Source: Paraspadella gotoi (Eukaryota; Animalia; Chaetognatha). From it: DNA of 7,787 nt. Location of the stretch: NCBI GenBank assembly GCA_051294375.1, contig JBJCIZ010001083.1:1-7787 (forward strand). Direction: 5' to 3'. Of the stretch, positions 7,670 to 7,787 are shown in pieces (within the stretch, counting starts at the first letter, position 1; every line of letters begins with the position of its first letter). Made by a program: the position numbers and the translations under genes. Under the pieces are notes generated by a model. That model was not told the origin of the DNA and ran no database searches. It saw only the letters and a list, made by a program, of their open reading frames with translations.

Positions 7670-7787
7670 ACTAGAAACTGTACAGGATTGTGAAAATTTT
7701 CGACTGCATGGTTAAAAAATCTTAAAAGCAATAGGGATCGAGCCTAATTTTGATGATAACCAAATATTGATGCGATGATAACCAAAT
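7670..7787 (-). mobile_element. Probable 3' end of another copy of the same HINE-like family, running off the window
   Basis: ACTAG terminus, imperfect hairpin at ~7676-7713, ATCGAGCC (7737-7744, inverse of GGCTCGAT at 2563-2570), then 22-bp-period repeat GATGATAACCAAAT x2. Confidence 0.5.

Overview
AT-rich eukaryotic (probably invertebrate animal) DNA made up mostly of transposon pieces, with no recognisable host gene. The main feature is a minus-strand LTR retroelement at 5138-7576. It has ~220-230 bp TG...CA LTRs, a 4-bp TAGT target-site duplication, a tRNA-Trp-like PBS and a polypurine tract. In the visible sequence it carries no gag/pol. Instead it has two diverged copies of one ORF predicted to encode a WASP-type WH1/EVH1-like domain, a 12-aa-period array of TQT-like (LC8/dynein light chain) motifs and a Pro-rich tail. 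A 10-N assembly gap separates the copies. The second copy is broken by a stop codon and by a nested 234-bp solo LTR that contains a tRNA-like Pol III module. Other features are a CCA-bearing 3' half of tRNA-Leu fused to an LTR-like segment (3040-3420), two GA-microsatellite MITEs, and two ends of a Helentron/DINE-1-like (HINE) family. All homology calls are from visual comparison and memory, not database searches.
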